DNA of 64,000 nucleotides from a virus, in IMG/VR virus record IMGVR_UViG_3300025133_009393. The stretch is one strand, 5' to 3'. Shown piece after piece: positions 1-12,100 of the stretch (position 1 is the first letter of the stretch; every line of letters starts with the position of its first letter). The position numbers and the translations under genes are program-made. The notes beneath the pieces are model-generated. The model saw nothing but the letters and a program-made list of their open reading frames with translations, ran no database searches and was not told the origin of the DNA.

Positions 1-947
1 ATATCTTGCTTTGTCGGCTCGGCAGTATGACCCAAAGGAATATTTTTAAGCTGTCCTCTGACATAATTATATAGATAAACTTTATTTAAATTATCATCGG
101 TGGCAACCAACGAGCTGCTAGCATAAAAACTCGCTCTTCTATCTTTTACAGAAGAATCCCACTGGGCTTCTAGGCAGGGTTTCTTAAAGAAGAATTGTGT
201 TCCTCTACTAAAGAACTTCTTTGTGTAATATGATCTCCTATTAGTACCATCAAACTGACTTTCGTTTTCATATGTACCAGACATTCTTATCATTACACCG
301 TCGTATCTTTGATATATCGCGCCCGAAGGACAAGCTCGAAGCCAAGCCTCGACCCAATCTGTCACATCGACTTTCATATCTTCGTTGCCGCGTTCGAAAT
401 ATGCGCTAGCTGTAATCGAGCGCTCAGCGTGGCCAGAACTAGCCGGCTCGGTGCGATTATAATCTGTTGTACCAAAGGCGCCCGGGGATCCCCAATACTG
501 ATCAGTGCGCGCGCGGTTCCAATTAGAAGAGCCAGAATCAGTGTATCCTTCCATATCTAAGCCATAGCCTTCAGTCCAGCCTTCATTCTGCAATGGGTCT
601 ATAGCTTCTGGCCAGGCCTGTGTGTTAATTGGTAAAATATGTAAATAATACTTTTCTGGCAATGTTTGTGAATGCCTTGCATTGAACATTCTTAAATAAA
701 ATTTTACCGAACCACTAGCAGGAATATCCTCTGTCGTGAATCTAGAAGAAGATATCTCGTTTATGGGAAAGCTAATCAATATTCTTGATGCTTCTAGAGA
801 GGATGACGATGCTTGGCCATAGATAGAAAATACCTCTAGAATATCAGATGCTCCCATGTTGGCTTCGCTACCTGAGTTTGTCAGGTCTGCCTTGAAAGCA
901 TTTGTTATAGTATTGTCTTTATCAGCATAGAATCTTTTAATTGCCAT
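1..947 (-). CDS. Putative virion structural protein, truncated by the window edge
   Basis: Not in the ORF track. ATG at 945-947 directly after the baseplate wedge stop. Reads MAIKRFYADKDNTITNAFKADLTNSGSEANMGASDILEVFSIYGQ... and appears to stay open toward position 1. Function inferred from context only. Confidence 0.7.
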   Translation of the reverse strand, partial: MAIKRFYADKDNTITNAFKADLTNSGSEANMGASDILEVFSIYGQASSSSLEASRILISFPINEISSSRFTTEDIPASGSVKFYLRMFNARHSQTLPEKYYLHILPINTQAWPEAIDPLQNEGWTEGYGLDMEGYTDSGSSNWNRARTDQYWGSPGAFGTTDYNRTEPASSGHAERSITASAYFERGNEDMKVDVTDWVEAWLRACPSGAIYQRYDGVMIRMSGTYENESQFDGTNRRSYYTKKFFSRGTQFFFKKPCLEAQWDSSVKDRRASFYASSSLVATDDNLNKVYLYNYVRGQLKNIPLGHTAEPTKQD

Positions 948-948
948 T

Positions 949-2742
949 TTATCTGACCGTCCCTCTTATATCTTTTAAAGGAAATTTCATTTCCATAATC
1001 GTATCTTCCGGAACATCAATAAATCTTCCATCTGCAGAAATATGTTCATCAATATTGAGAACAATACTAGAGTATGGATTACCGGATAGATTCTTTATTT
1101 TTACCGAGACGACATCAACGACGCCCGGGGTGTCATTAATTACATCATATAGCCTCGTAATCATTAAAGGCTCTCCCATATCGTACGGATTGGTGAGAAA
1201 TTCCTGCATTCTAACTATAATTCTATTGAAAACATCGTATTTATTTGATCCCAAGTCTGATACAGCTACAAAGTCAATGCCAAAATTTGCAATTCTGCCA
1301 TTAAGAATATCAATAGTATCATTAATCATTTTATACTGACTTATCCAAGTTTTTAAATTATTTTTAATAGTGGCATTTGTATTCACCAATTGATTATCCG
1401 AATCTTCGGACAGCACATATAAATTTAAGTTTCTCTTAAAAGAGTCGTTATCATGAGTCATATTACACCTCTTAATCTTGCCAAATTTAGATGGCATAGC
1501 GTAAATCAAGCTCATATAATCGTTTTTTGTGACGGCTCTGTTTTGGGTTGGAAAAAATCCCAAAGCACGTCTTTTTAACTCTTCGCCATCTGGTGTGGCA
1601 ACATCACCAATAATCGGCTCTTCATTGATGACTTCTAGAGAAGCTCTAACCAGAGCTTTCTTGATATTGGATGATGCATCTTGTGAAAATCTATACGTAG
1701 CTTCCACCGGTGCAGTGACCGTGCCAGCAGAAGCGTTGATTACTGTAGAGGAGTTTCTACGAACCACAACCGTTAAACTAGTATTGGTTGGAGCAACGCC
1801 AAACTTATCAGTCTTTAAGAGTTTTGAAGGATCTAGATAACTCAAAGTCTCATATGGCCTTCCGTGCCTTTCTAAAACTAAATTGCTTGGATGAACAATT
1901 GGATCAAGCCTCATTTCGGTATCTGATCCATAACCAAACCGCAGAAAGACATTGTTCTCATCATCTCTCTCGACAACATATCTCCTAGGAACACTCTGAG
2001 CCTTCAATATGTTGGGTGCCATTTTTTTGGTATTACCAGTATTTGGAATCGATCGATAAATTATGTTTTGTGATAGATGATCAACTTCGTAATAAAGATG
2101 CCCCTCTGAGTCATATACAGTGGCTACCTCTGTTATGTTATCGATGGGTACCTCAAGCCTCAAAAACTTCTCATACTCTCCAACTTCTAGAATAATTTCT
2201 TCAAGTTCGCCCGACATTACCTGTCCGTAGGTTTTTATGGCCCATCTGCTGACTGATCCGTTTGAAGCTTCGCCGGCCACAACTTCGTTGTCTGGGTGTG
2301 AAAAATCTACATCGTTCAACAAAACATACGTTGCTCCGCTATCTGCCGAGAATCTAGAGCCTCGACGAAGAACCGGAGCATAAGTAGCATCTGGGCCTAG
2401 GCCGTCTGCAGTCGACGGTACCAAAAGATAAAGAGCCAAGCTGCCAAAAGAGGCTGCGGGGCCGGGACGTTTATAGCCTAGCTGTTCTGCATGCTTTGCA
2501 ATATTCTCATATTCAGAAGCAGTAGACATGAAAGATTCATTTACATTATAATCTACGTAAAACGATAACATGTCGCCGATGTAGGCAACTGTATCTAACA
2601 TTAAAGAAGCAAATCCAGCATCAGAGAAATCCTGTACTGTATCGGGATAATATATCCTAGCATACTCCTCCAGATCTTTCCTGATAGAAGCAAAATCTCT
2701 ATTGGTGTACTTAATTGGAACTATTTCTTTGTTTTTTGCCAT
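949..2742 (-). CDS. Baseplate wedge subunit (T4 gp6 / baseplate J-like)
   Basis: N-terminal YTNRDFASIRKDL...DFSDAG...LSFYVDY...ESF...A...LGYK and C-terminal QNRAVTKNDY motifs are typical of gp6-like wedges. Adjacent to gp25. Confidence 0.9.
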   Translation of the reverse strand: MAKNKEIVPIKYTNRDFASIRKDLEEYARIYYPDTVQDFSDAGFASLMLDTVAYIGDMLSFYVDYNVNESFMSTASEYENIAKHAEQLGYKRPGPAASFGSLALYLLVPSTADGLGPDATYAPVLRRGSRFSADSGATYVLLNDVDFSHPDNEVVAGEASNGSVSRWAIKTYGQVMSGELEEIILEVGEYEKFLRLEVPIDNITEVATVYDSEGHLYYEVDHLSQNIIYRSIPNTGNTKKMAPNILKAQSVPRRYVVERDDENNVFLRFGYGSDTEMRLDPIVHPSNLVLERHGRPYETLSYLDPSKLLKTDKFGVAPTNTSLTVVVRRNSSTVINASAGTVTAPVEATYRFSQDASSNIKKALVRASLEVINEEPIIGDVATPDGEELKRRALGFFPTQNRAVTKNDYMSLIYAMPSKFGKIKRCNMTHDNDSFKRNLNLYVLSEDSDNQLVNTNATIKNNLKTWISQYKMINDTIDILNGRIANFGIDFVAVSDLGSNKYDVFNRIIVRMQEFLTNPYDMGEPLMITRLYDVINDTPGVVDVVSVKIKNLSGNPYSSIVLNIDEHISADGRFIDVPEDTIMEMKFPLKDIRGTVR

Positions 2743-2760
2743 CTTATTTCCTCATATAAA

Positions 2761-2770
2761 TTAAGTAGTT
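2761..2770 (-). promoter_or_regulatory. Candidate phage late-promoter motif (AACTACTTAA)
   Basis: ACTA-N-TTA motif just upstream of the RBS (GAGG) of the wedge gene. The same motif recurs upstream of other genes. Confidence 0.4.
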
Positions 2771-3160
2771 CTATTGTGCAATATTCAAATCTATTAAATC
2801 ACTAGTTCCCAGAGGTGTTATTTCATAAATTATTCTAACTTGTAATACTTCTTCTGCATACAACTCTTCTATATCCGGAGGGTATTTCACATCGAGTAAT
2901 TTAATATAAGGCATATAGATTTTTACTTGATTTTGAATTTTTGCCCTTAAAGCAGATTTGCCTTCCTCTCTCTGTTCAAACAAAAAACGATATATACCCA
3001 CACCAAAATTTATATCCATCATTCTCTCGCCCGGGCTGGTGAGGATGAGATTTTTGAAATTTTGCTTAATTGCCTCTTTAAACGTTTTCAGCATTGCATA
3101 TTGACCATCGGTAGGATTCATTGTTAAGGGTAGGTGTGGTGTTATTCCATAAACGGGCAT
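2771..3160 (-). CDS. Baseplate wedge protein gp25 / GPW-like
   Basis: IKQNFKNLILTSPGERMMDINFGVGIYRFLFE is the GPW/gp25 signature. Confidence 0.92.
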   Translation of the reverse strand: MPVYGITPHLPLTMNPTDGQYAMLKTFKEAIKQNFKNLILTSPGERMMDINFGVGIYRFLFEQREEGKSALRAKIQNQVKIYMPYIKLLDVKYPPDIEELYAEEVLQVRIIYEITPLGTSDLIDLNIAQ

Positions 3161-3184
3161 ATATTTCTCCTTAGTATTTTAATT

Positions 3185-6100
3185 TTATGAAGTCGGAACA
3201 TGCGCACAAGGATCAACACCTTCAAGCAACTCTTGTGCCAATTCCTCTTTTTCTTGATCGAAGGCGTCAAAAAGACCTTCTGTAATAAGTAGCAAGCAAT
3301 AAATAAATCCGAACAATGTCATGGGTGGCCCAACTCCCCAGCCAAAAGGCGGCGGCGGAAATAAAAATCCATATGGCAAGTTTACTGGGAATTGAGCAAA
3401 TGAAATTGCCGGGACCATGAATGGAGAAATAGCCTCAACGACTTTTTTAACTTCGTCGATAGCTTCTCTCATTTCCACTTCAGCCTCTTCAAGAGCATCT
3501 TCTGCGGATTGGATGCCATCTTTTATTCCTTGAACAGTAGCTTTTATTTTTTCGTATTCTGCTTTTAGCTCTGCTACTTCTTGTTGTTTTTGCTCTAGCT
3601 CAAATTGAACAGATGGATCCGGAGGCTGCTGTTTGTTAGCTTCTTTCTGGAGTTTGTCTATAGAAAGTTCTGTAGTATCAATAGCTATCTCCATCATTCC
3701 TGGCTTATCATCTGTTCCAACCGCCGATTCAGCTTTCTCTAATTGAGTTTTGAGTTCGGACAGGACCAAGCCTACGCTGGCTATAATTCCACTTCTTACC
3801 TCTTCGGCGATCATGATCGAAGTATTAACAATTGTCATAATTAAATCGTTAATGGTTATGGCGGTACTAACACAAGGATCTGTTAATGTTACAACTCCCT
3901 TGAGAATTAATCTAGGCGTCGTATATAACATCTTCAGCGCTATATCTCCCCATGGCGTGTTGTGTGAGCTAGTCGATTGTGCGTCAGTGCCGATCTGGTA
4001 ATTAGCTATACTACCATATGGTCGCATCGAATAAGGTAATTCAAATTCTCCTTCCTCTATCAAGCCCATAACAAAATCTAGAATTATCTCGCGAGTTGCC
4101 TTAAAGCGATTCTCCATTCTAAGATCTTGGTTACTTAAGCCGGCGTGCAGACACATGAATGACAACAATCTATCATATGGAAATATATGATTAAACAATA
4201 AATTATATTCAGGAGTTTTTCTTAGTTGATTCATCAATTCAGGAACTGCCTTTGCATATGAAGCCGCTAAGGTACCCCTGCCTCCAACATCAGGCGGCCT
4301 AAACGCACCAAACTCCAAGGGGGCGCCGGTACAATATATCTCTTCTACATCTATAAGCGCGTCGGCAAAAGGAATTGGATGAACTCGCAGGCTCCGATGT
4401 TCTAGGCCGTCTTCAGTGCCACCGGACGTCTCATAATATTCGATCCTATCTCTGTATTCATTTAAATCAAAAGCTTTCTGCTTCGCCATCATTAATTCAA
4501 AAGAATTCATAATACCCTTGGTGCCGACGGATCCGGCGTCTTGTGCTTTTTTAGCATCGCTATAAAGCATATCCATGGCATCAGACAAGCCTTTTGTTAT
4601 TTCAGCTCTATAGTCTTCATGTTCTTTAGTCTCTCCTTGGTGACGGCCGCCGCCATATTTGTCAGCTGGAGGGACATACATCAATCTTAAACCATATTTC
4701 ATACAAATAAAATACTGTTTAAAATACTGCAAAGTTGTTGCATTTACATGTCCAGTTTTCGGAACTGTTATCGAATCATATTCGCCACTCCAAAAAGAAT
4801 ATTTATAGCCAGGCCGGTAGTTGCCGCCGGCGTGAAAGTCGTCGGGACCGGTCGAGTGGCTGTTAAGCGGACTACCGGCGTTCTGTTTTTCCCACTCTGA
4901 TACCTCTTCAAAATATGCGCCGGCCTCAGTGGTGGAAGGTATCATGCCTCCGTAGTTATAGGAGCCGCGGCCCCCTTGGCCGTATTCTAGACTAATCCTA
5001 GGATACGCCATACCCTGTTCTAAAATTTCGCTAAAGTGAGTCTCCGCGTTGTGCCAGCCATGTTCATCTGCGAGCTGGCCAAATGCTGAATCAATCATAA
5101 TTAAGTTTGCATTTTCAAGTACATGTGACCAGCCGAAGACGCGTCTATCACTAGTCGTATGAAGTTTAACATATTTATCGGTGTTGGCCACGGTGGGGCC
5201 GCCGGCGACCATCACGAGGGGATCGGACTCCAGCCCCACCGGGTTGTTGCCGCCCGTCCAAGTTTCTTTAGCACCTTCGGCTGTCATGACATATCCCGGG
5301 GGGTACTTTGGATTATAAACAAGGCGATCATATTGGGGGTTGAAATCATAATATTCATCAGACATATTATAAAGCTGTCCGGCGTCCATCGGGGTCTCGC
5401 CGACGGTCATATGGACATCGATGTGTGCGCGCGCTTTCGCTTCGACGCCGGTCAAGCCGAGGTGGAGCGTTGTATTCATCGCTGACAGTCTGATAAATTT
5501 ATTTTTCAGGTCTACAAGCCTGCTATATGCTGCATGCTCGGCGTTCTTCACCGCGGCTTCTAGTTTAATTTGATTTTCTTTAAATTGTGGATCATCTTCT
5601 TCCATATATAGATCAACAGCGCTAGACTCAAGGAAACTGAGCTTGTATGCTTTTCGATATCTTAAATATTGTTTATGGACAGCCTCTAAAGTGATTATTC
5701 CGGTATAATTGGGGTTAGACACTGGGAAGAATCCATAGTCTGTCGTCTGTACGTCCATGGTACCATCTTCGTTCATATGAAGATCCAATGGCTCTCCATC
5801 TTCGTGAAGAAACTCATATCCAATGTTCGGAGAAGCTTTATCCTTTACATAGGACTCATATACATCGTGAACGAGGCGTGGGAGACCGTCGATGGTATGA
5901 CCAGCGTTATGGTTAGGAGAGGCAAACGGGAAGGCCGGGCCGAGCTTACGGAAGCCTACTAGATTTTTAAGGCCGGCAGAGGTTTGAGTTTCAAGAGTTG
6001 CGTAATCCAGCATTGTTCCGGCGGGGGGCACATCGGGGGCGGGCACATCGACGGTAAGTACTTTCCAAGGTGTACTCTTTGACTTGGTGATCTTGTTCAC

Positions 6101-9100
6101 TGCCACATCGCGCGATGCGCTAATATCATCTTTGTATCTGAAAATACCCTGACAGGGTCGCATACAATCAAAAGAATATATTATGTCAAACAAATCATCG
6201 ACTTTTTGAAGCATCTCTTGATACTTATCTGCATCCTTCGCTGCATGTGCGCCGACCTCGGGCACATGTCCATGAGCAATATTCCAACCAAATGGACGCC
6301 TGTGTCCCAAAGGTGTTTCCATAACAACATCATACAGGTAGTCAAAAGGACCGGCGATTTTCTCGAAAACTTCACCCCAGAAGTCTATGCTGCTAACTCC
6401 CGCTTCATCGAGTTTTTCATATGGTCTGTCTTTGTCCTCGAAAACCTGAATAAAAGGATCTAAAGTTGCAAGATCCGGGACATCGATAGCCATAGGATTG
6501 CCGAGTGTATCGGTCGGCTGGGGCATTGGATATGTCTTGTTAAACGCCGTATTGTAGATCTTGCTATGCTGGCCTGGAGTTTGGGGGTCGCCGGCGGCAT
6601 TTCTGTGTTGCACCCACAGATAAGGCTGCAAGATAAAGCCTCCGTCTCTTAAAAGTTTCTCTTGGTTGCTTACACTCATCTTAAAAAGATTGGACGGATA
6701 AGCATTGGCAGAATGATTAGCTACCAGGGCCCCGCCATTTTTTGTTTTCTGGGCAGCTCCCTTATTCCAGTCATTTGTATACTCAACTAAATTATTGTCC
6801 GGACTTTTTGAATTAATATATAGTCCATAATCCGGATGCTCGGTGGGGCCCGCAATGCCGAACTGATGGGCGGCAGGCCGGCCGACTGCATAAAGTTGAT
6901 TCGTGTTAAGCCCAGAAGCGAAAGGAGCAATAATGAGGTTATCGACAAAATCATGATAATTTTTAATTCTCAAATGTGAATGACCTAGATCATCCAAGAG
7001 CCTGTTCATTGTCGCTACCATAACAGAGTATTGTCTTTCAAATATTCTTTCAATGGCTTTGTGTGCGGGCCATCTTTTGTGATCTTCCTCTAACTCGTGT
7101 TTGTGGTTGTAATTTTTGCCATCATCGAGGCCTACAGTATAAATCGGCTTGTGAAGAACATAGTTCTTAATTCTATGTTTGTGAGGGCGCCCGAACCCTT
7201 GTGGGTCGGCGCCTGGAGATACAATCTCCACCGCCCATCCATCACCATTTTTATCAATTTCATATGTATGTTTATGATAACTTTTATTGGGATGTTGAGT
7301 TATGCCTCTTCCGTCAGCCAATTCGTCCAGCAAGATTGAACTACATCGAGCGCCGATAAGTTCATAATATTCTGGAGATTCAGACTTTAGCTGATTCATC
7401 ACTCTATTGATGGCCAAAGATCTAAAATATTGTTTATGCATGGCGGGGCGCACATCAAAAGTTGTTGCAACTGGTAAATATTCAAATAAAATTTGCATTG
7501 CAGACAATCGAAGTCTCATTTGAAGGAGACCATCGAGGGAAGCTTCTTCGATGGGCTCTAGGCCGAGGGCCTGATCTTTGCTGCCCTCGACGGCCTCTAG
7601 ATACATTGCATCTTGCTGCATTATTTTTTTATCTTCTTCTGATATAAGCAATGGCTGTCGGCATAATACCTCTCTTAACCGATTATCTATCTGCTCTCTT
7701 AGCGGCTCTAGACCCAACAATCTTTCAGCGACAGTGCCATCGTTAAACTCGCATATATCCGAATATGAAGTTAAAAATAATTTTCTAATAAACTTATCAA
7801 TAAATTTGACACTAAAGAACGGAGATACTAAAGTTCTTTCCCGCATCTTGTGTACAATACGCTCTGTTTCAAAAGGGTGTATGTGGTTCGCGAAAACAGC
7901 CGATATCTTTTCCTCGGACTGCTGGGTCAGACTAAAATCTTTAACAGCAAAATTTGGATCCGCATCAGAACTGGGATTTGATTTCCAAGGTAACCTTCTG
8001 GTAAATTGAGCAACGGTCAGTTTACCGAACAGGTCAGCAACTGATCTTGGCTGTTTGGTAATGTCTATCCCGGATGCTTCCATCGCATTAAGAGAGGCCT
8101 GTGACCAATCTTTTGTTTCAAGTTCATCAATCAATTTTAAGCCAGAATTATCAACATTTATACGAAATGCATCAGAAGACTTGCCTGATGCATCTATATC
8201 CGATTCTATTACTTCGTATGAAACTTCCAGGCTAGATTGATTAACCCTATCCATCAGCTTTGATGTAGCTTTGGATGTAATACCGCTTACTTCCTCGTAT
8301 GTTTCATCAGGCCGGCCGGTTAGCGCTAAACTAAATGCCTGTCTCATTGCCTTTTCGGCGCCCGGGTCGTAGTCTCGGATCATCTCAAAAAATTCAGGCT
8401 TCATGGTTGTCGGATCTTTGTGTGAAGGATCGGTGCCATAAGAGCCGGCTGTGGACGTCGGACCATTAACTGCAGTAAGCAGCTGAGATTGTGCTTCGCT
8501 TCTCGGAACAGTCAAAATATGCTTAACAGTACTATCTTTGTCGTCATATATCCACTCTCCCTTTACCCAATGCGCCGGCTGTTTATAGTGGCCAGGCACC
8601 CATACAAGCTTAGACTGCGATGAGGTAGCAACCTCTTTGGCCTCGATCGCCAGCTCGGACCGGGTCATTGCGTCGGCTTCGGCTTCATCATCCTTTGAAA
8701 GCTCTCCATAGGACCAATAGCCGCCAATCCATACCTCTTCTTCTCCAGTAATCGGTACATGGTGGCCAGGAACATATCTTACATCCGGCGCAGACTCTCT
8801 TTTCAAAGCGCTGCGATCTGATAAAGAATCGTAAAGTCGTTGGAAGGGCTTGAGTGGTGGCTCTGCTTTCATAAGAGCTGCCGGGTCTTGTTGTGGTAGT
8901 TCAAAAGTAAGGCCGCGATCTCGCAATTCTTGAAGCGGAATAAGAGTTGTACAAGAACGATGGGGCAGCCCGGGCTCCAAGTCATGACCCCGGGCATGAT
9001 ATCGACACCAGTTTTTGTATCCGTCATCATCTGTGTTCCCGCCTTCGCCAAAGTCAATTGGACTAGTTGGATACCCCCGGGGCAGTGGGGAGCCTGCGAT

Positions 9101-12100
9101 CTGGTAGGTGCCTTGCTCATCCATAAGTCTTTTTAGAGTCTGCTTGTCCGCGAGACTAACCAAGCCAGACCCATTTTTTTCATTGAAGCCACCCGGGTGG
9201 CGACCAGTTTTGTCATAGCAAAAAGCCATTACGTAATCTTCATACGCAAAGTCGACTATAGTTTTGCCACTTTTTTCATAATGTACATTCTTTTCTTCAT
9301 AATCAGTTTCGTATTGAAACGTAAGCGGCCTCTTTAAAATAACAGCATAATAGCGTTTACGTCCGGACGGCCAATTGTCCATCCATTGCTGCCACCAATC
9401 ATCTTCGCGTATTAACACTGCAGGAGTATGATTGAAAACATATTTACCATCAATATATAAAAACTCCGGAGCGTCGTTGGGCTTGCCGCGCTGGGCGCCT
9501 TCGATGTGACGGTCGTCGGTGATCTTCCAGCCACGACCCTTATCGGCAAAAACAAACGATTTTGATTCTTTCTGGCGTGTGATCATTGGGCCACGACCGG
9601 GGGCTACTGCTCCTAGCTGGTCCAAGCCAGGATCAGTAGTAAATTTTGGAGCAGGATACTTTTTATAATCAGGGGCGCTAGCGACCCATTCATCCATAGA
9701 GCCCAAAACAGCAGCCATATCAGCCATCACCGCTGCTTCTCTTGCGGGGTCCGGACTAATAATTGCCTTAATAGAGGATGCTTCTTTTCGAAAAATGTTT
9801 TTAATTATGCCAAAGATGGTATCCAAAACCATTTTGTTGGCCCGAGCGATGGACGGGGCGACGCCGCCAGGAATTAAATCTTCACAACGAAGAGTGGGAA
9901 GTTTATTTCTCAACAACTCAGAGGGATCTTGTCTCAGTAGGCTCATTAAATCTTTTATTTTTTCCAAATTACCATCAAGCTCATTTTTAAGTTGAGATTC
10001 GATTTCTTCATCCGAAAATCCATGAGATAAAAGGGCGGCGCGTTTGCCGGCAAGAGAATCAAAATCTTCACACAAATCTTCAATGTAAGGAACATATTCT
10101 TGATACTCCTCACACACGTCTAAATCAATGTAGCTACCAACATGTGTAAAGAACATACGGATATCCGGCAAAGTACTGAGTGCTGGTAAATATTCTTGAT
10201 AGTCTCTTTCTATTAAAGATCTTATTAACATCAGTATACTTTGTGGGCTCACACCATTAAAGAGGTTGCATAATTCTCGTCCGGTTAACATTCTCGCCAC
10301 GTTTTTCATAAATCTAGCGGAATTGTCTGTTGGGAGATCATATGCTTCGTAAGCTTCCCTTAAGGCTGGGCCAGCTGCTTCACTAACAAATGCCGGGAAT
10401 CGATTTTCGAGTACTCCATATTCACCGGAACCAACACTTGGGCCCGGGCCTGGCTCTGTAAGACATGCATTCATCAGCTCGGACATTGCACCTTCGACGA
10501 GGCCGGAAACGATACCGGCAGTTATCTCCCAAAGCATATCTTCGTAAATTTCTACTAAGTCTCCATTAGAGCTTGTTATCTTCTTATATTTTGGAAACGT
10601 AAATTTTGGTATTGTCGGGAGATCCGGAACAAAATCCATAAGGAATTGCCAATCAAACGAACCTTCCGGAGTTGTGAGATCCTCAAATACAGCTGTGGGG
10701 TCTTCTAAGAAATCTCCCGGGAGGTCCAACATTGTCTGAGTAATATCTGTACAGATCTGCTTAAAGTCAAAAAATTGTTTTAACTCTTGTATAAAAGCAT
10801 CTACATCTTCGGCAACGACGGCTGTGTCTGCCATAAACTCCGCAACGTTTCCGGAATCATCACCAGGGACGCCGCTTTGAGCAGCTGTGTATTCTGCCGG
10901 AGACATGCCAGTGCCAGCTTCGACGGCTTCCCCTATAACAACGCCAAAAGGATCTGCTACATAATCAGATTCTACTTGAGACTGCATTTCGGATTGGGCG
11001 CCGGCGGCGGAAGAAGCAATTGCTTCTACATCATGTAAGCCTTGTTGAATAACACTATTGCTGTTGGTGCTTTCTCCTGTGAATATTTCCTCCGGAGTTC
11101 CGCCGAAAGCCGAAGTGGTTAAGCCATCGATAGTTCCCATCGTTACTGCTCCAGAAGCACTTAAAACCAAACGCATTTCGTCGACACCAATAGCTTTAAG
11201 CAGCTCTCTAAATAAATATTCGCATAATGCTTCGCCAGTAAGTGGAATTCCAGCTAAATGTGATAGACACTTTAATATCTGAGCCCAAACATGTTTCATA
11301 TCAACTTGATTGAAAAGTTTCATATAGATATCTTCAAATGTTTTCCACTCTTCAGATTCTAGCCAAGATGGTTCATATATAGGATCGCTGTCTGAATCTC
11401 TCTCTTTCGATGCAGCGAGATAGGCCTGTGTACGACTTTTTCTAATAGCAACGGTTTTTTCTAGTTCTTGTTGTTCATGATATTCTTTTTCTGTCAAGAT
11501 TGATTTTTGATATAGCTCATCCAATCTTTCTTTATCTTTTTTCTCTTTTCCTTGTACAGCTTCGTAGTCAGAGGCCGTCATCCCAGAGCCGTTAGGATAG
11601 ATTTTAACAGCAGGATATATTACGCCGTTGACGAACTCTATCCATTCATCTGTATTTCCTTTTTTCTTGGTATCGTACGCGTATATTTCTTTATACAGAG
11701 AAACTAAATGTAATGTTCTGGGTGAGATTTTATTTCTTAAACATTCCAATCCAACATGGCATATAGACAATGCAGTGGTTTTTGCACCAAAAGACACCTG
11801 AGATATTAACATATTATCCTGGGCACATTGAAATTCCATATATGCTCTCGGAGTTTTTATACCCTCTGGAAAGCCTTCCGGCTCGTATCCCTGGCCTGGA
11901 TATTTCAAAAACTCATCAACTATGTCATTCAAACTTTCAAGCTGTCGGGCCTCATGAGCCAGGTCAAGATGATGTATTACTCCGCCTCTTCTTTCAAAAT
12001 CTTTAACTTTTTTATCATATCTTCTCAATATGCTGGCGATTTTTTTCATTGTTGTGGAAAAAGAAGAAGCCCCCAAGTCAAAGAACGTATTAAAACAGCC